Source: Nanobdellota archaeon
GTDB lineage: Archaea; Nanobdellota; Nanobdellia; Pacearchaeales; GW2011-AR1
Assembly (NCBI GenBank): GCA_038044425.1
Contig: JBBTAB010000041.1
Coordinates: 1-37,777, forward strand
Reading direction: 5' to 3'
Length of the DNA stretch: 37,777 nt
The notes under the pieces were generated by a model. The model was not told where the DNA came from. It saw only the letters and a list, made by a program, of their open reading frames with translations, and did not search any database. Made by a program: the position numbers and the translations under genes. This document shows, piece after piece, positions 17,615 through 24,334 of this stretch (its first letter is position 1; every line of letters begins with the position of its first letter).

Positions 17615-17647
17615 AGGTGGTTTATAAGAATTATTGCATTAAATAGA

Positions 17648-18145
17648 TCACCCAAAATAACCCTTGCTGTTTTCCTCTGTTTTATTTCCTAGGTTTTTTT
17701 CTACTTTTTCTAAAATATCTGCCAGTTCTTTTTTTATTTCCTGCCACAGCCCATAAGATTTTTTGATAAATTCTGCCTCCTTAGTTTCTTCAAATTTCAA
17801 ATCTCTCTCAATAAAATTAATTTCGTTCTGTACCATCTTTTTGTAAATTTCTGAAAGCTTCTTTTTTTCCTCAGGGCCAATCAATTTTATTATAGAAAAG
17901 ATAAACATAGGTACATTAACCGGGTTTAATAGACTTTCAATAAATCTAAGATAATTATCGAATTTCTCTCCAACCGCCCTCCTTATCTCTCTTAATAGAA
18001 TCTCTGTTTCATTTTCAGCTATTTTTTCTATATAGAAATCTTCATTCAGTTCCTGAAAGCTTGGGAGCCTGTGCTTTTTCTGCAGCTTTTCATATTCTTC
18101 CTTTAGTCTAGCAAGCCCCATTCCTGTTTTTTCCATGTTTCTCAA
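17648..18145 (-). CDS. Hypothetical helical protein
   Basis: 165-aa ORF directly downstream of tRNA-Thr on the same strand. Charged and helical, with no known motif. Confidence 0.5.
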   Translation of the reverse strand: MRNMEKTGMGLARLKEEYEKLQKKHRLPSFQELNEDFYIEKIAENETEILLREIRRAVGEKFDNYLRFIESLLNPVNVPMFIFSIIKLIGPEEKKKLSEIYKKMVQNEINFIERDLKFEETKEAEFIKKSYGLWQEIKKELADILEKVEKNLGNKTEENSKGYFG

Positions 18146-18175
18146 TCATCAAAATTGTTTATAAATATATTGAAA

Positions 18176-18249
18176 AGCCTGAGGTGAGAGTTGAACTCAC
18201 GACCTCGTCCTTACCAAGGACGCACTCTTACCGACTGAGCTACTCAGGC
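18176..18249 (-). tRNA. tRNA-Thr (anticodon GGU)
   Basis: Hand-folded cloverleaf on the minus strand: acceptor GCCTGAG/CTCAGGC, D arm GCTC-AGTCGGTAA-GAGT, anticodon arm CGTCC-TTGGTAA-GGACG, variable AGGTC, T arm GTGAG-TTCAACT-CTCAC, discriminator T. No CCA encoded. Confidence 0.85.
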
Positions 18250-18427
18250 TTATAGCTAAGGTTATTACCATAGTATAAAAATTTAAGGTTTTTAATAAGA
18301 GAAAATAAGGGTAGTAAAGGGGGAAAAAGAGATTATTAATAAAGAAATCCTAAAACGAAAGGTAATTAGTATAAAATTTTTATTTGATTAAGAGACTTCT
18401 ATCTAAAAAATCATTATAACTTAACTT

Positions 18428-18682
18428 CTACTTCTTTCCTGATTTAAGGATTAAGAAAACCATGAGCACTATGAAAAGCGCAAGAGAGAGGAATCCAAAA
18501 ATTATAGATAACAATCCAAAAAGATTCAAAAAAACAGGGGTTGAGGAAAGCAGATACAATACAAAAGAGACTATGAATAGGACTAAGAAAATTAGGAAAT
18601 TTCTCCATGAAACCTGAATCTTATTTTTTAAGGGGGTTGTTTTTGCTGCCTCTTTTCTTTTCCCTCTTATTTTTTTAGCCAT
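18428..18682 (-). CDS. Small two-TM membrane protein
   Basis: 84 aa with a basic N-terminus and two hydrophobic helices. Confidence 0.45.
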   Translation of the reverse strand: MAKKIRGKRKEAAKTTPLKNKIQVSWRNFLIFLVLFIVSFVLYLLSSTPVFLNLFGLLSIIFGFLSLALFIVLMVFLILKSGKK

Positions 18683-18713
18683 CTTAAAATATAGTTATTT
18701 TGGTTTATAAACA

Positions 18714-18929
18714 TTACCGAGCTATTTCTGTCTTATCGGGAAGCCATTCAAATTTTACTACATAACCGGTTATATCTACAATTTGATAAAATATATTTGT
18801 AACCCATCCAGAATAAGCATCAAAAAAAACTTCCCTCTCCTCAGGAATTCCTAAATGCAGATTTTGGTTACTTATTATAAATAATGCACCAAGCACTAAA
18901 AGTTTAACAATTATTATCTGAATTTTCAT
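18714..18929 (-). CDS. Small membrane or secreted protein
   Basis: 71 aa with the N-terminal hydrophobic segment IIIVKLLVLGALFIISN. Confidence 0.4.
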   Translation of the reverse strand: MKIQIIIVKLLVLGALFIISNQNLHLGIPEEREVFFDAYSGWVTNIFYQIVDITGYVVKFEWLPDKTEIAR

Positions 18930-18938
18930 CTTTTATAT

Positions 18939-19217
18939 TTAATTTTTAATAAGTCCTATGGCCCTTCCCGTAATTTCAAAAACATTTACGACAAGGCCTT
19001 TAATCCAAAGGAAATAGACTCTTAGAGAAGATATTGCAGAACCTACATCAGAAAAATCAAAGCTTGATCCTGTTACAACCAGGAAAGCAATAAATAACAC
19101 TAATAAAAATCCAAAAAGTATGAAAAAGAAAGCAACTTTTGTCCTAAACTTATTCCATCTAAATCCTATAAATACTATAAGTACTGCAGCTAATGCCAAA
19201 AGTATAAAGATATTCAT
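18939..19217 (-). CDS. Small multi-TM membrane protein
   Basis: 92 aa with at least two hydrophobic helices. Confidence 0.45.
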   Translation of the reverse strand: MNIFILLALAAVLIVFIGFRWNKFRTKVAFFFILFGFLLVLFIAFLVVTGSSFDFSDVGSAISSLRVYFLWIKGLVVNVFEITGRAIGLIKN

Positions 19218-19257
19218 TTAGAAGGAAACATTCCTACATATAAAAATTTTTCTAATC

Positions 19258-19716
19258 TTAAAATAATGTGTAAAATACCGTTCCAAGAAAGACCAGGTCT
19301 ATAATGATGAAGGTATAAAATACTGTTTTTTCTACAGTCCCTCCTGTTGTCATAAGGCCTTTTGAAATTCCCTTTAATGGCCAGAAAGGCCTTATTCCCT
19401 GGACTGTGAAGCTGTCTGCAAAGAGATGAAAACTATATCCAATAAAAAAGGGAAGGGCAAGAACAGGGTAAAAAAAAGCTATCAAAATTGAAAGCAGAAT
19501 AGAGATTGTATAACTATGGACCACCCCCCTGTGCTCAACTCCTAATTGTATGGGTCTGAATATAATCTTTTTTCCCAGATAAGAAACTCCTGAATCTATG
19601 TCGGGAAAAAGGCTGGCAATCAGGACAACAGGAATAAAAATAATCGGCTTAGTTACACGGGTTGAAAAAAAAAGTGCGGCGGCAAGCCCTATCGCCAGGT
19701 GGGTTTTCCACATCAT
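19258..19716 (-). CDS. Membrane-bound metal-dependent hydrolase (DUF457/YdjM-like)
   Basis: 152 aa. THLAIGLAA start, FPDIDS, HRGVVHS and HLFADSFT motifs spaced across TM helices, as in the DUF457 family. Confidence 0.6.
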   Translation of the reverse strand: MMWKTHLAIGLAAALFFSTRVTKPIIFIPVVLIASLFPDIDSGVSYLGKKIIFRPIQLGVEHRGVVHSYTISILLSILIAFFYPVLALPFFIGYSFHLFADSFTVQGIRPFWPLKGISKGLMTTGGTVEKTVFYTFIIIDLVFLGTVFYTLF

Positions 19717-19766
19717 ATTTATATGTAGAAACTAAGATTTAAAAATCTGTTATATGATGTTTACCA

Positions 19767-20117
19767 ATGGGAGTATATGATGGAATTCAGTATTTAAGGA
19801 GCAAAAAGGCAAAAATATCTATTGTTCCATTAGCTATGGATGCTAGTATCTTGGATTGCTCTGAAGAACAAAAAGACAGTGAGTTTAGAATAGAAATCAA
19901 CTGCGATTTGCCTTTAGAAGAACAAGTTAAATCTCTTATCCATGAGATACTTCATTGTGGGTCTCCTTATAGAAATTATCTTGGTCGAGGAATATCATTA
20001 TTTCGGGGAACATATTCTGAATTCGAAGAAAAAATTGAAAATCTGACCGAACAGGTATATTCCTGTCAACCAAGACTAACAGATTGGTTAAGAAGAAAGA
20101 TAAAACAAAATACTTAA
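19767..20117 (+). CDS. Small protein with an HExxH motif (putative minimal metallopeptidase-like)
   Basis: 116 aa. LIHEILHCGSPY contains HEILH. No other support. Confidence 0.4.
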   Translation: MGVYDGIQYLRSKKAKISIVPLAMDASILDCSEEQKDSEFRIEINCDLPLEEQVKSLIHEILHCGSPYRNYLGRGISLFRGTYSEFEEKIENLTEQVYSCQPRLTDWLRRKIKQNT

Positions 20118-20181
20118 AAGACTCTTGTTTTAATAATAAGCATAGAAGCCCTATGTCGGCTCACCATAGACGATATAGCGG

Positions 20182-20225
20182 AAAGTTTTTACCAAAGTAA
20201 AAACTTTGTTCAATTTTGATTGAAC
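20182..20225 (+). terminator. Two tandem perfect hairpins followed by a T-run
   Basis: AAAGTTTTTAC-caaa-GTAAAAACTTT (20182..20207, 11-bp stem), directly followed by GTTCAAT-tttg-ATTGAAC (20208..20225), then ATTTTT. Lies between the stop of 19767..20117 and tRNA-Gln. Confidence 0.35.
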
Positions 20226-20242
20226 ATTTTTCGCAGAAAAAA

Positions 20243-20315
20243 AGCCCTGTAGTACAGCGGTCAAGTATACGGCCCTCTGAAGGCTGTGACCCAGGTTCGA
20301 ATCCTGGCAGGGCTA
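20243..20315 (+). tRNA. tRNA-Gln (anticodon CUG)
   Basis: Hand-folded: acceptor AGCCCTG/CAGGGCT (A1-U72, as in archaeal tRNA-Gln), D arm GTAC-AGCGGTCAA-GTAT, anticodon arm CGGCC-CTCTGAA-GGCTG, variable TGAC, T arm CCAGG-TTCGAAT-CCTGG, discriminator A. No CCA encoded. Confidence 0.85.
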
Positions 20316-20663
20316 TTTTAATTTCTTTTTTAGATTTCTCAATTTTTCCTCTGTTTTCTGAAGTTTCTTTCTCAGCTCTCTTTCATGCTTGTGATGCTGA
20401 TGGTCTCTATACATATAATAAAAACTCAAGCCAACAAAAGGGAGATATGCCAATTGGGTATACTCGTTTGATAAAAAGCTGTAGATAGTTTTATTTGATT
20501 CTGCAAAAGAAAGCCCTATTATTCCAATAGCGGGAATTATATGAGACAAAGTATGCAAAATAGAAATAAGCCCTGAACCAACCAAGGTAAAAATCCCGGC
20601 TCTTTTCTTAACCTTCTCTTTCAATGACTCTTCATCATAATCCAGTTTTTCTTTATGATTCAT
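20313..20663 (-). CDS. Small membrane protein with a basic coiled C-terminus
   Basis: 116 aa. Two or three hydrophobic helices, then HHKHERELRKKLQKTEEKLRNLKKKLK. Its stop overlaps the 3' end of tRNA-Gln by 3 nt. Confidence 0.5.
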   Translation of the reverse strand: MNHKEKLDYDEESLKEKVKKRAGIFTLVGSGLISILHTLSHIIPAIGIIGLSFAESNKTIYSFLSNEYTQLAYLPFVGLSFYYMYRDHQHHKHERELRKKLQKTEEKLRNLKKKLK

Positions 20664-20714
20664 CAGAAGAAAAAATTTTAATGATATAAATACTTATTGC
20701 CACAAAAAGTAGAA

Positions 20715-20876
20715 TTACAATTTCATCCTGAAATCTTCGGCAGTCTTCGGATTTTTTTCATGCTGGTCCATTCTTCCTTTAGCCAGGCAATCATAACAAA
20801 CATGAACTGTCCCGTCTTTCTCTTTTATTCTCCTTGTTCCTTTACACTTATCACAGTCAGGGATCTCATTTACCAT
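20715..20876 (-). CDS. 53-aa CxxC...CxxC zinc-ribbon protein, below the ORF-track cutoff
   Basis: Hand translation of the minus strand gives MVNEIPDCDKCKGTRRIKEKDGTVHVCYDCLAKGRMDQHEKNPKTAEDFRMKL*. Two CxxC pairs are spaced 16 residues apart. It is more protein-like than the antisense track ORF 20697..20894. Confidence 0.5.
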   Translation of the reverse strand: MVNEIPDCDKCKGTRRIKEKDGTVHVCYDCLAKGRMDQHEKNPKTAEDFRMKL

Positions 20877-20963
20877 GTATCTCAGAATAAATAAGGATAT
20901 TTAAGCATTATCAAGGTAGGATATAATCACTAAATTTAAATATATAGAAATCCTGAGTAAAAT

Positions 20964-21215
20964 ATGGAAGAAAAAGAAATTGGGAAGGTCTCTGGTTACT
21001 TTAGCCATGTCGGAGTTGCTGCGATAAAACTTTCAGGTGGTTTAAAGATAGGGGATAAAGTCCATATAAAAGGCCATACTACTGATTTTGAGGTCAAAGT
21101 AGGAAGCATACAGATAGAGAGAGAAGCTGTAAAAGAAGCGAAGAAAGGCGACCACATAGGCATAAAAGTACCTGAAAAAGTAAGGCCTAATGATAGTGTT
21201 TTTCTTGTTAAATAA
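20964..21215 (+). CDS. Stand-alone EF-Tu domain-2-like beta-barrel protein
   Basis: 83 aa. GDKVHIKGHTTDFEVKVGSIQIEREAVKEAKKGDHIGIKV matches the translation-factor domain II pattern (G-D-x-[IV]...signal...G-D-x-[IV]-G-[IL]). Confidence 0.5.
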   Translation: MEEKEIGKVSGYFSHVGVAAIKLSGGLKIGDKVHIKGHTTDFEVKVGSIQIEREAVKEAKKGDHIGIKVPEKVRPNDSVFLVK

Positions 21216-21276
21216 AATATAAATTTTTAGGTAGGATTTTGGGCTGCTTTTATAAATGAAACTCTTTTAAACCGGC

Positions 21277-21288
21277 TTTTATATAAAA
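21277..21288 (+). promoter_or_regulatory. TATA-box-like element upstream of the tRNA-Glu locus
   Basis: TTTTATATAAAA lies roughly 13-24 nt upstream of the orphan tRNA 5' fragment at 21301. No comparable TATA element lies directly upstream of the intact tRNA at 21354. Confidence 0.4.
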
Positions 21289-21300
21289 TATTATTGAGAC

Positions 21301-21353
21301 GCCCCGATAGTTCAAAGGGTTTAACAACCTAGAACTCTCGGATAAGAAAGCAA
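21301..21353 (+). pseudogene. Decayed duplicate of the 5' part of tRNA-Glu (orphan 5' fragment)
   Basis: GCCCCGATAGTTCAAAGG is 17/18 identical to the first 18 nt of the intact tRNA (GCCCCGATAGTTCAGAGG). After a ~9-nt insertion, CCTAGAAC versus CCAAGAAT continues the similarity. No matching 3' half or anticodon-stem partner follows. Confidence 0.55.
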
Positions 21354-21501
21354 GCCCCGATAGTTCAGAGGCCAAGAATACGGCCTTCTCAAAATTTAAT
21401 TTAGGATGGCCCAGCTCGGTGAGAGTATAGGCCTAGCATCTCAATGCAAATCCTAATATTAGAATAAGGCTGTGACCCGGGTTCGAATCCCGGTCGGGGC
21501 G
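21354..21501 (+). tRNA. tRNA-Glu (anticodon CUC) with a 75-nt intron at canonical position 37/38
   Basis: Exons fold as acceptor GCCCCGA/TCGGGGC, D arm GTTC-AGAGGCCAA-GAAT, anticodon arm CGGCC-TTCTCA|A-GGCTG, variable TGAC, T arm CCGGG-TTCGAAT-CCCGG, discriminator G. The mature length would be 73 nt. No CCA encoded. Confidence 0.8.
21392..21466 (+). other. tRNA-Glu intron with a bulge-helix-bulge splice motif and an internal structured stem
   Basis: The central 4-bp helix UUCU (21386..21389) pairs with AGAA (21461..21464), flanked by 3-nt bulges CAA (21390..21392) and UAA (21465..21467) that hold the splice sites. An inner helix AAU/AUU follows. A perfect 7-bp stem TTAGGAT (21401..21407)/ATCCTAA (21450..21456) encloses the GCAT-ctca-ATGC hairpin (21436..21447). 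Confidence 0.7.
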
Positions 21502-21523
21502 TGGATACTTAATGTTCGGTTTA
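21485..21523 (+). repeat. Direct repeat copy 1: the tRNA-Glu 3' end plus 22 nt of downstream flank
   Basis: 36/39 identical to 22040..22078 and contains the core CGGTCGGGGCGT at 21491..21502. Confidence 0.85.
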
Positions 21524-21611
21524 GAAATGTGAATCTTGGTTCGAAGTATGTCTTAACTTAAAAGTAACACAAAAAAGAAAAGTTTATAAACATCTATTCT
21601 TAATCAAAAAT

Positions 21612-22010
21612 ATGAATGAAATATCACCTCTAGGAAATTATGATATTAGAAAGTTGTTTGATGCCAAAAGAGAAATGTTTGGTAGATTTGGTCATTTTAC
21701 AGGAAGAAAAGTTACTGCAACACAATTAGAGAGTTCTTTAGTAAGTCATGGACTAGCAACATTAGAAAATGTTTCTGAAATAATTGCATATCTTCAAAGC
21801 GGAAAAGCTTTAACTTATAGTCCAAAGGGAGATGGAATGGAATTAGTTAGAAATGAAGATGGAACATACAAAATGAGAAAGCATAATTTCTACAGAGATT
21901 TAAGCAGAGCAATGGGTAATATAATGGACCATGATGGACCCTTACTCACAGAAGATGAGGGAGAAAGACTCAAACAAAAGTGGGTTCAGCCTATTGAGGA
22001 TTCAGCTTAA
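21612..22010 (+). CDS. Hypothetical protein (cassette 1)
   Basis: 132-aa ORF with a TATA-like AAAGTTTATAAAC about 20 nt upstream of the ATG. No recognisable domain. Its stop lies 35 nt before repeat core 2. Confidence 0.55.
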   Translation: MNEISPLGNYDIRKLFDAKREMFGRFGHFTGRKVTATQLESSLVSHGLATLENVSEIIAYLQSGKALTYSPKGDGMELVRNEDGTYKMRKHNFYRDLSRAMGNIMDHDGPLLTEDEGERLKQKWVQPIEDSA

Positions 22011-22030
22011 CTTCTAAATTAATCCCCGTT

Positions 22031-22078
22031 CTGTAATTTGAATCCCGGTCGGGGCGTGGATATTTAATATTCGGATTA
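22031..22078 (+). repeat. Direct repeat copy 2: a degenerate tRNA-Glu 3' half plus downstream flank
   Basis: CTGTAA-TTTGAATCCCGGTCGGGGCGTGGATATTTAATATTCGGATTA equals the tRNA from the anticodon-stem 3' strand onward, with the 5' T-stem strand (CCCGGG) deleted. It is 36/39 identical to copy 1 over 22040..22078. Confidence 0.8.
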
Positions 22079-22151
22079 AGAACCAGAGGGAACATTGTTA
22101 AGTTAAAAGGAGCTAATTTTTAAAAAGTAAAAATCAGATTAGTGAATCGCT

Positions 22152-23123
22152 CTATTCAAAAACTCCGTTTGGAAGCTTGTATCCTGTAGTCTCTTCCAAT
22201 ACTAAAAAAACATCTGAAATTTTAGCAATATCAGGAAAAGTCTTTCTAAAATTGTTAATAAACTCTCTTAATTCGTTGGAGTTTTTTACTATCAAACCAA
22301 GATCATAATCCCATACCCCTCCAAGATATTTGTAATAAAAGACAATACTTTTATGCTCCCTAAAATAATTAGATAACTCTTTATCTACTTCCTCACCAAA
22401 TTTGATGAGCTTTATTTGTATGTCATACCATTCATAATCTAGCTTCTTCCAATCTAATGATATAGTATAACCAATGAAAACACCTTTATTCTCCATATTT
22501 TTTATCCTATGATTAACTCCATTAGGTGTTAATTTTACTTTTTCAGATATTGAAACCAAACTTATCCTTGAATCTTTATTTAACAATGATAAAATCTCTA
22601 AATCTTTATTATCTAACTTAAAGGGTCTGGTTTTGGCATGATTAAAGACTCTTCTTTTAACAACTCCAAACATTTTAGAAGCAAAATAATCTCCTCCGTG
22701 AAGTTTCAAAACAACATAATCCTCAATAAATTCTCCAAAATTTATTAGTAGATCATTGAGTATTTTGTCTAATTTGGCTTTTTGGGATATGACAATATCA
22801 AAAACTAAACTCCATCTTCCTGCGGAAGTTCCAATCCAGCTCATAAATTTATTTTCTTTTAAATATTCTAAGATTCTTTTTTCTGTGTCTTCTTGTAGTT
22901 TAGCTAGCTCTAAGAATACTACATAATGGGAGAGTCCAAGCAATTCCTCATTGAGAATTGTATTAAATTCTTTTATCAATCCCAATTTAATTAAGCGATT
23001 TATTTTATAGTTAACATTCTCTCTTCTTAATCTAATATTCTTTCCAATAGTGCTAATTTGTTTTCTTGAATTTTCTAACAATATTTCTAATATCTTTTTA
23101 TCATATGCATCTATTTTTATCAT
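22152..23123 (-). CDS. Tandem (duplicated) Lrp/AsnC-type transcriptional regulator (cassette 2)
   Basis: 323 aa with two wHTH units, KKILEILLENSRKQISTIGKNIRLRRENVNYKINRLIKLGLI and DLEILSLLNKDSRISLVSISEKVKLTPNGVNHRIKNMENKGVF, each followed by an effector-domain-sized segment. Confidence 0.65.
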   Translation of the reverse strand: MIKIDAYDKKILEILLENSRKQISTIGKNIRLRRENVNYKINRLIKLGLIKEFNTILNEELLGLSHYVVFLELAKLQEDTEKRILEYLKENKFMSWIGTSAGRWSLVFDIVISQKAKLDKILNDLLINFGEFIEDYVVLKLHGGDYFASKMFGVVKRRVFNHAKTRPFKLDNKDLEILSLLNKDSRISLVSISEKVKLTPNGVNHRIKNMENKGVFIGYTISLDWKKLDYEWYDIQIKLIKFGEEVDKELSNYFREHKSIVFYYKYLGGVWDYDLGLIVKNSNELREFINNFRKTFPDIAKISDVFLVLEETTGYKLPNGVFE

Positions 23124-23238
23124 TTTTTACTTATAATAGATTATGGTATATAAATTTTTAGTTTTTGTAAAATTTTACTATAAGATATTTTATATAAGAG
23201 ATATAATTTATATAATCAAGTATCGGAGGAAAATAAAA

Positions 23239-23631
23239 ATGCCATTGTGTGGATTTAACCAGAAGATGTTGGAAGGATTGGTAGCGTTCCAAGAAGGATT
23301 AGTGGAACATGGAATCCTAGAAAGATCAACGAAAAAAGGACAAACTCCAGATAGAACATTAGCCGATGAACTGAGTGATATGACTGGGTTCTTAGCTGAA
23401 ACTGGAAGAATAAAAGATCCGAAAATAAGGGAAGTTACAGAAGCTTTAACTAGATATGCAGAAGCCTTCTATAAAATAGTAGAAAGTAGAGGAGTCGATA
23501 ATTATAAGGACACAGTTAGGGCATTAAATGACTTCTATGTAAAAATGGATGATAAATTCTATCAAGAATTGGAAGGAAAGCCAGAAGATATGAGGCAATT
23601 AGCTGAATACTTAAATAAAGTAGCTGTATAG
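23239..23631 (+). CDS. Hypothetical helical protein (cassette 2), divergent from the Lrp-like gene
   Basis: The ATG at 23239 is preceded by GGAGG about 9 nt upstream. The longer track ORF from 23143 adds only a low-complexity Tyr/Ile/Lys leader, so the shorter start is preferred. No known domain. Confidence 0.55.
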   Translation: MPLCGFNQKMLEGLVAFQEGLVEHGILERSTKKGQTPDRTLADELSDMTGFLAETGRIKDPKIREVTEALTRYAEAFYKIVESRGVDNYKDTVRALNDFYVKMDDKFYQELEGKPEDMRQLAEYLNKVAV

Positions 23632-23705
23632 TTTATCATCTCTTAGACATCTTAATCAAATCCAACCAATTATTAATCCTAACCCGTAAAACTTTATACT
23701 AATTA

Positions 23706-23717
23706 CGGTCGGGGCGT
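23706..23717 (+). repeat. Direct repeat copy 3: the tRNA-Glu 3' core only
   Basis: Exact CGGTCGGGGCGT. Upstream CTAAT retains partial similarity to the T-loop region. Confidence 0.7.
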
Positions 23718-23766
23718 CCAGAACAAAAGAAGAAACATTTAAATATAAGTAAGATTAATCTTATTT

Positions 23767-23985
23767 ATGATAATTGACACAACCAAAATGAGTTCAAGGG
23801 GGCAGGTAGTAATTCCATTAGATATTCGTAAAGATATTAAAGAAGGAGATAGATTAATTGTGATTAGAAAGGGCGATGAAATAATTCTAAAAAAGTCTAT
23901 TCCCGAAATTGCCTTGCTTTCCGAAAAATCTTTGGCAAAAACATGGCTTAATAAAGATGAGGATGAAGCATGGAAAGACTTGTAA
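23767..23985 (+). CDS. mazE: AbrB/MazE/SpoVT-family antitoxin (cassette 3)
   Basis: 72 aa. SSRGQVVIPLDIRKDIKEGDRLIV is the swapped-hairpin AbrB-type DNA-binding motif. It overlaps the toxin gene by 16 nt. Confidence 0.8.
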   Translation: MIIDTTKMSSRGQVVIPLDIRKDIKEGDRLIVIRKGDEIILKKSIPEIALLSEKSLAKTWLNKDEDEAWKDL

Positions 23986-24302
23986 AAGGAGATATAATTG
24001 TCATAGATTTCCCTTTCTCAAACTTAGTCCAATTTAAACCTAGACCAGTTTTAGTTATTAAAGTTCCAAAAGGAGATGATTTAATCGTCAGCCAAATAAC
24101 CGGTTCCTCTTATGAAAAATCTGTAGAAATAAAAATAGAAAGTAAAGATTTTAGTAAAGGTAGCCTAAAGAGGGATAGTTACCTCAGATTAGACAAGATA
24201 TTTTCTATAGAAAAATCATTAATAAAATACAAAATAGGTTCCTTAAAGGTTGAAAAATTTAAAGAGATTTTAGACAGTATAGTTACTTTCTTAAAAGAGT
24301 AG
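23970..24302 (+). CDS. mazF: MazF/PemK-family endoribonuclease toxin (cassette 3)
   Basis: 110 aa. VKGDIIVIDFPFSNLVQFKPRPVLVI...IVSQITGS...SYLRLDKIFSIEKSLI follows the PemK/MazF pattern (GDI-x-x-x-[DF]...RP-x-[LV]-V-[IL]). Confidence 0.8.
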   Translation: MERLVKGDIIVIDFPFSNLVQFKPRPVLVIKVPKGDDLIVSQITGSSYEKSVEIKIESKDFSKGSLKRDSYLRLDKIFSIEKSLIKYKIGSLKVEKFKEILDSIVTFLKE

Positions 24303-24334
24303 GAACCTAAGTTTTTGGAATATCTTTAACTTAA

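Noticed and set aside
20216-20488. A 90-aa plus-strand ORF.
   Set aside because: It reads straight through tRNA-Gln (20243..20315) and is antisense to a plausible membrane-protein gene, so it is spurious.
20697-20894. A 65-aa plus-strand track ORF.
   Set aside because: It is replaced by the minus-strand CxxC zinc-ribbon ORF at 20715..20876, which has a recognisable motif.
21301-21353. The orphan 5' tRNA fragment might be a functional split-tRNA 5' half sharing the downstream 3' half, as in Nanoarchaeum or Caldivirga split and tri-split tRNAs.
   Set aside because: Its would-be anticodon-stem strand (CTCGG) cannot pair with the shared 3' strand (GGCTG). Its D region would need an 18-nt loop. 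No complementary leader or trailer for half-joining is present. A decayed duplicate is the simpler reading.
21531-21552. A T-arm-like GGTTCGAA about 35 nt downstream of tRNA-Glu, as a possible fifth att remnant.
   Set aside because: Only an 8-mer plus GTC matches, and an indel is required. This is too short to distinguish from chance.
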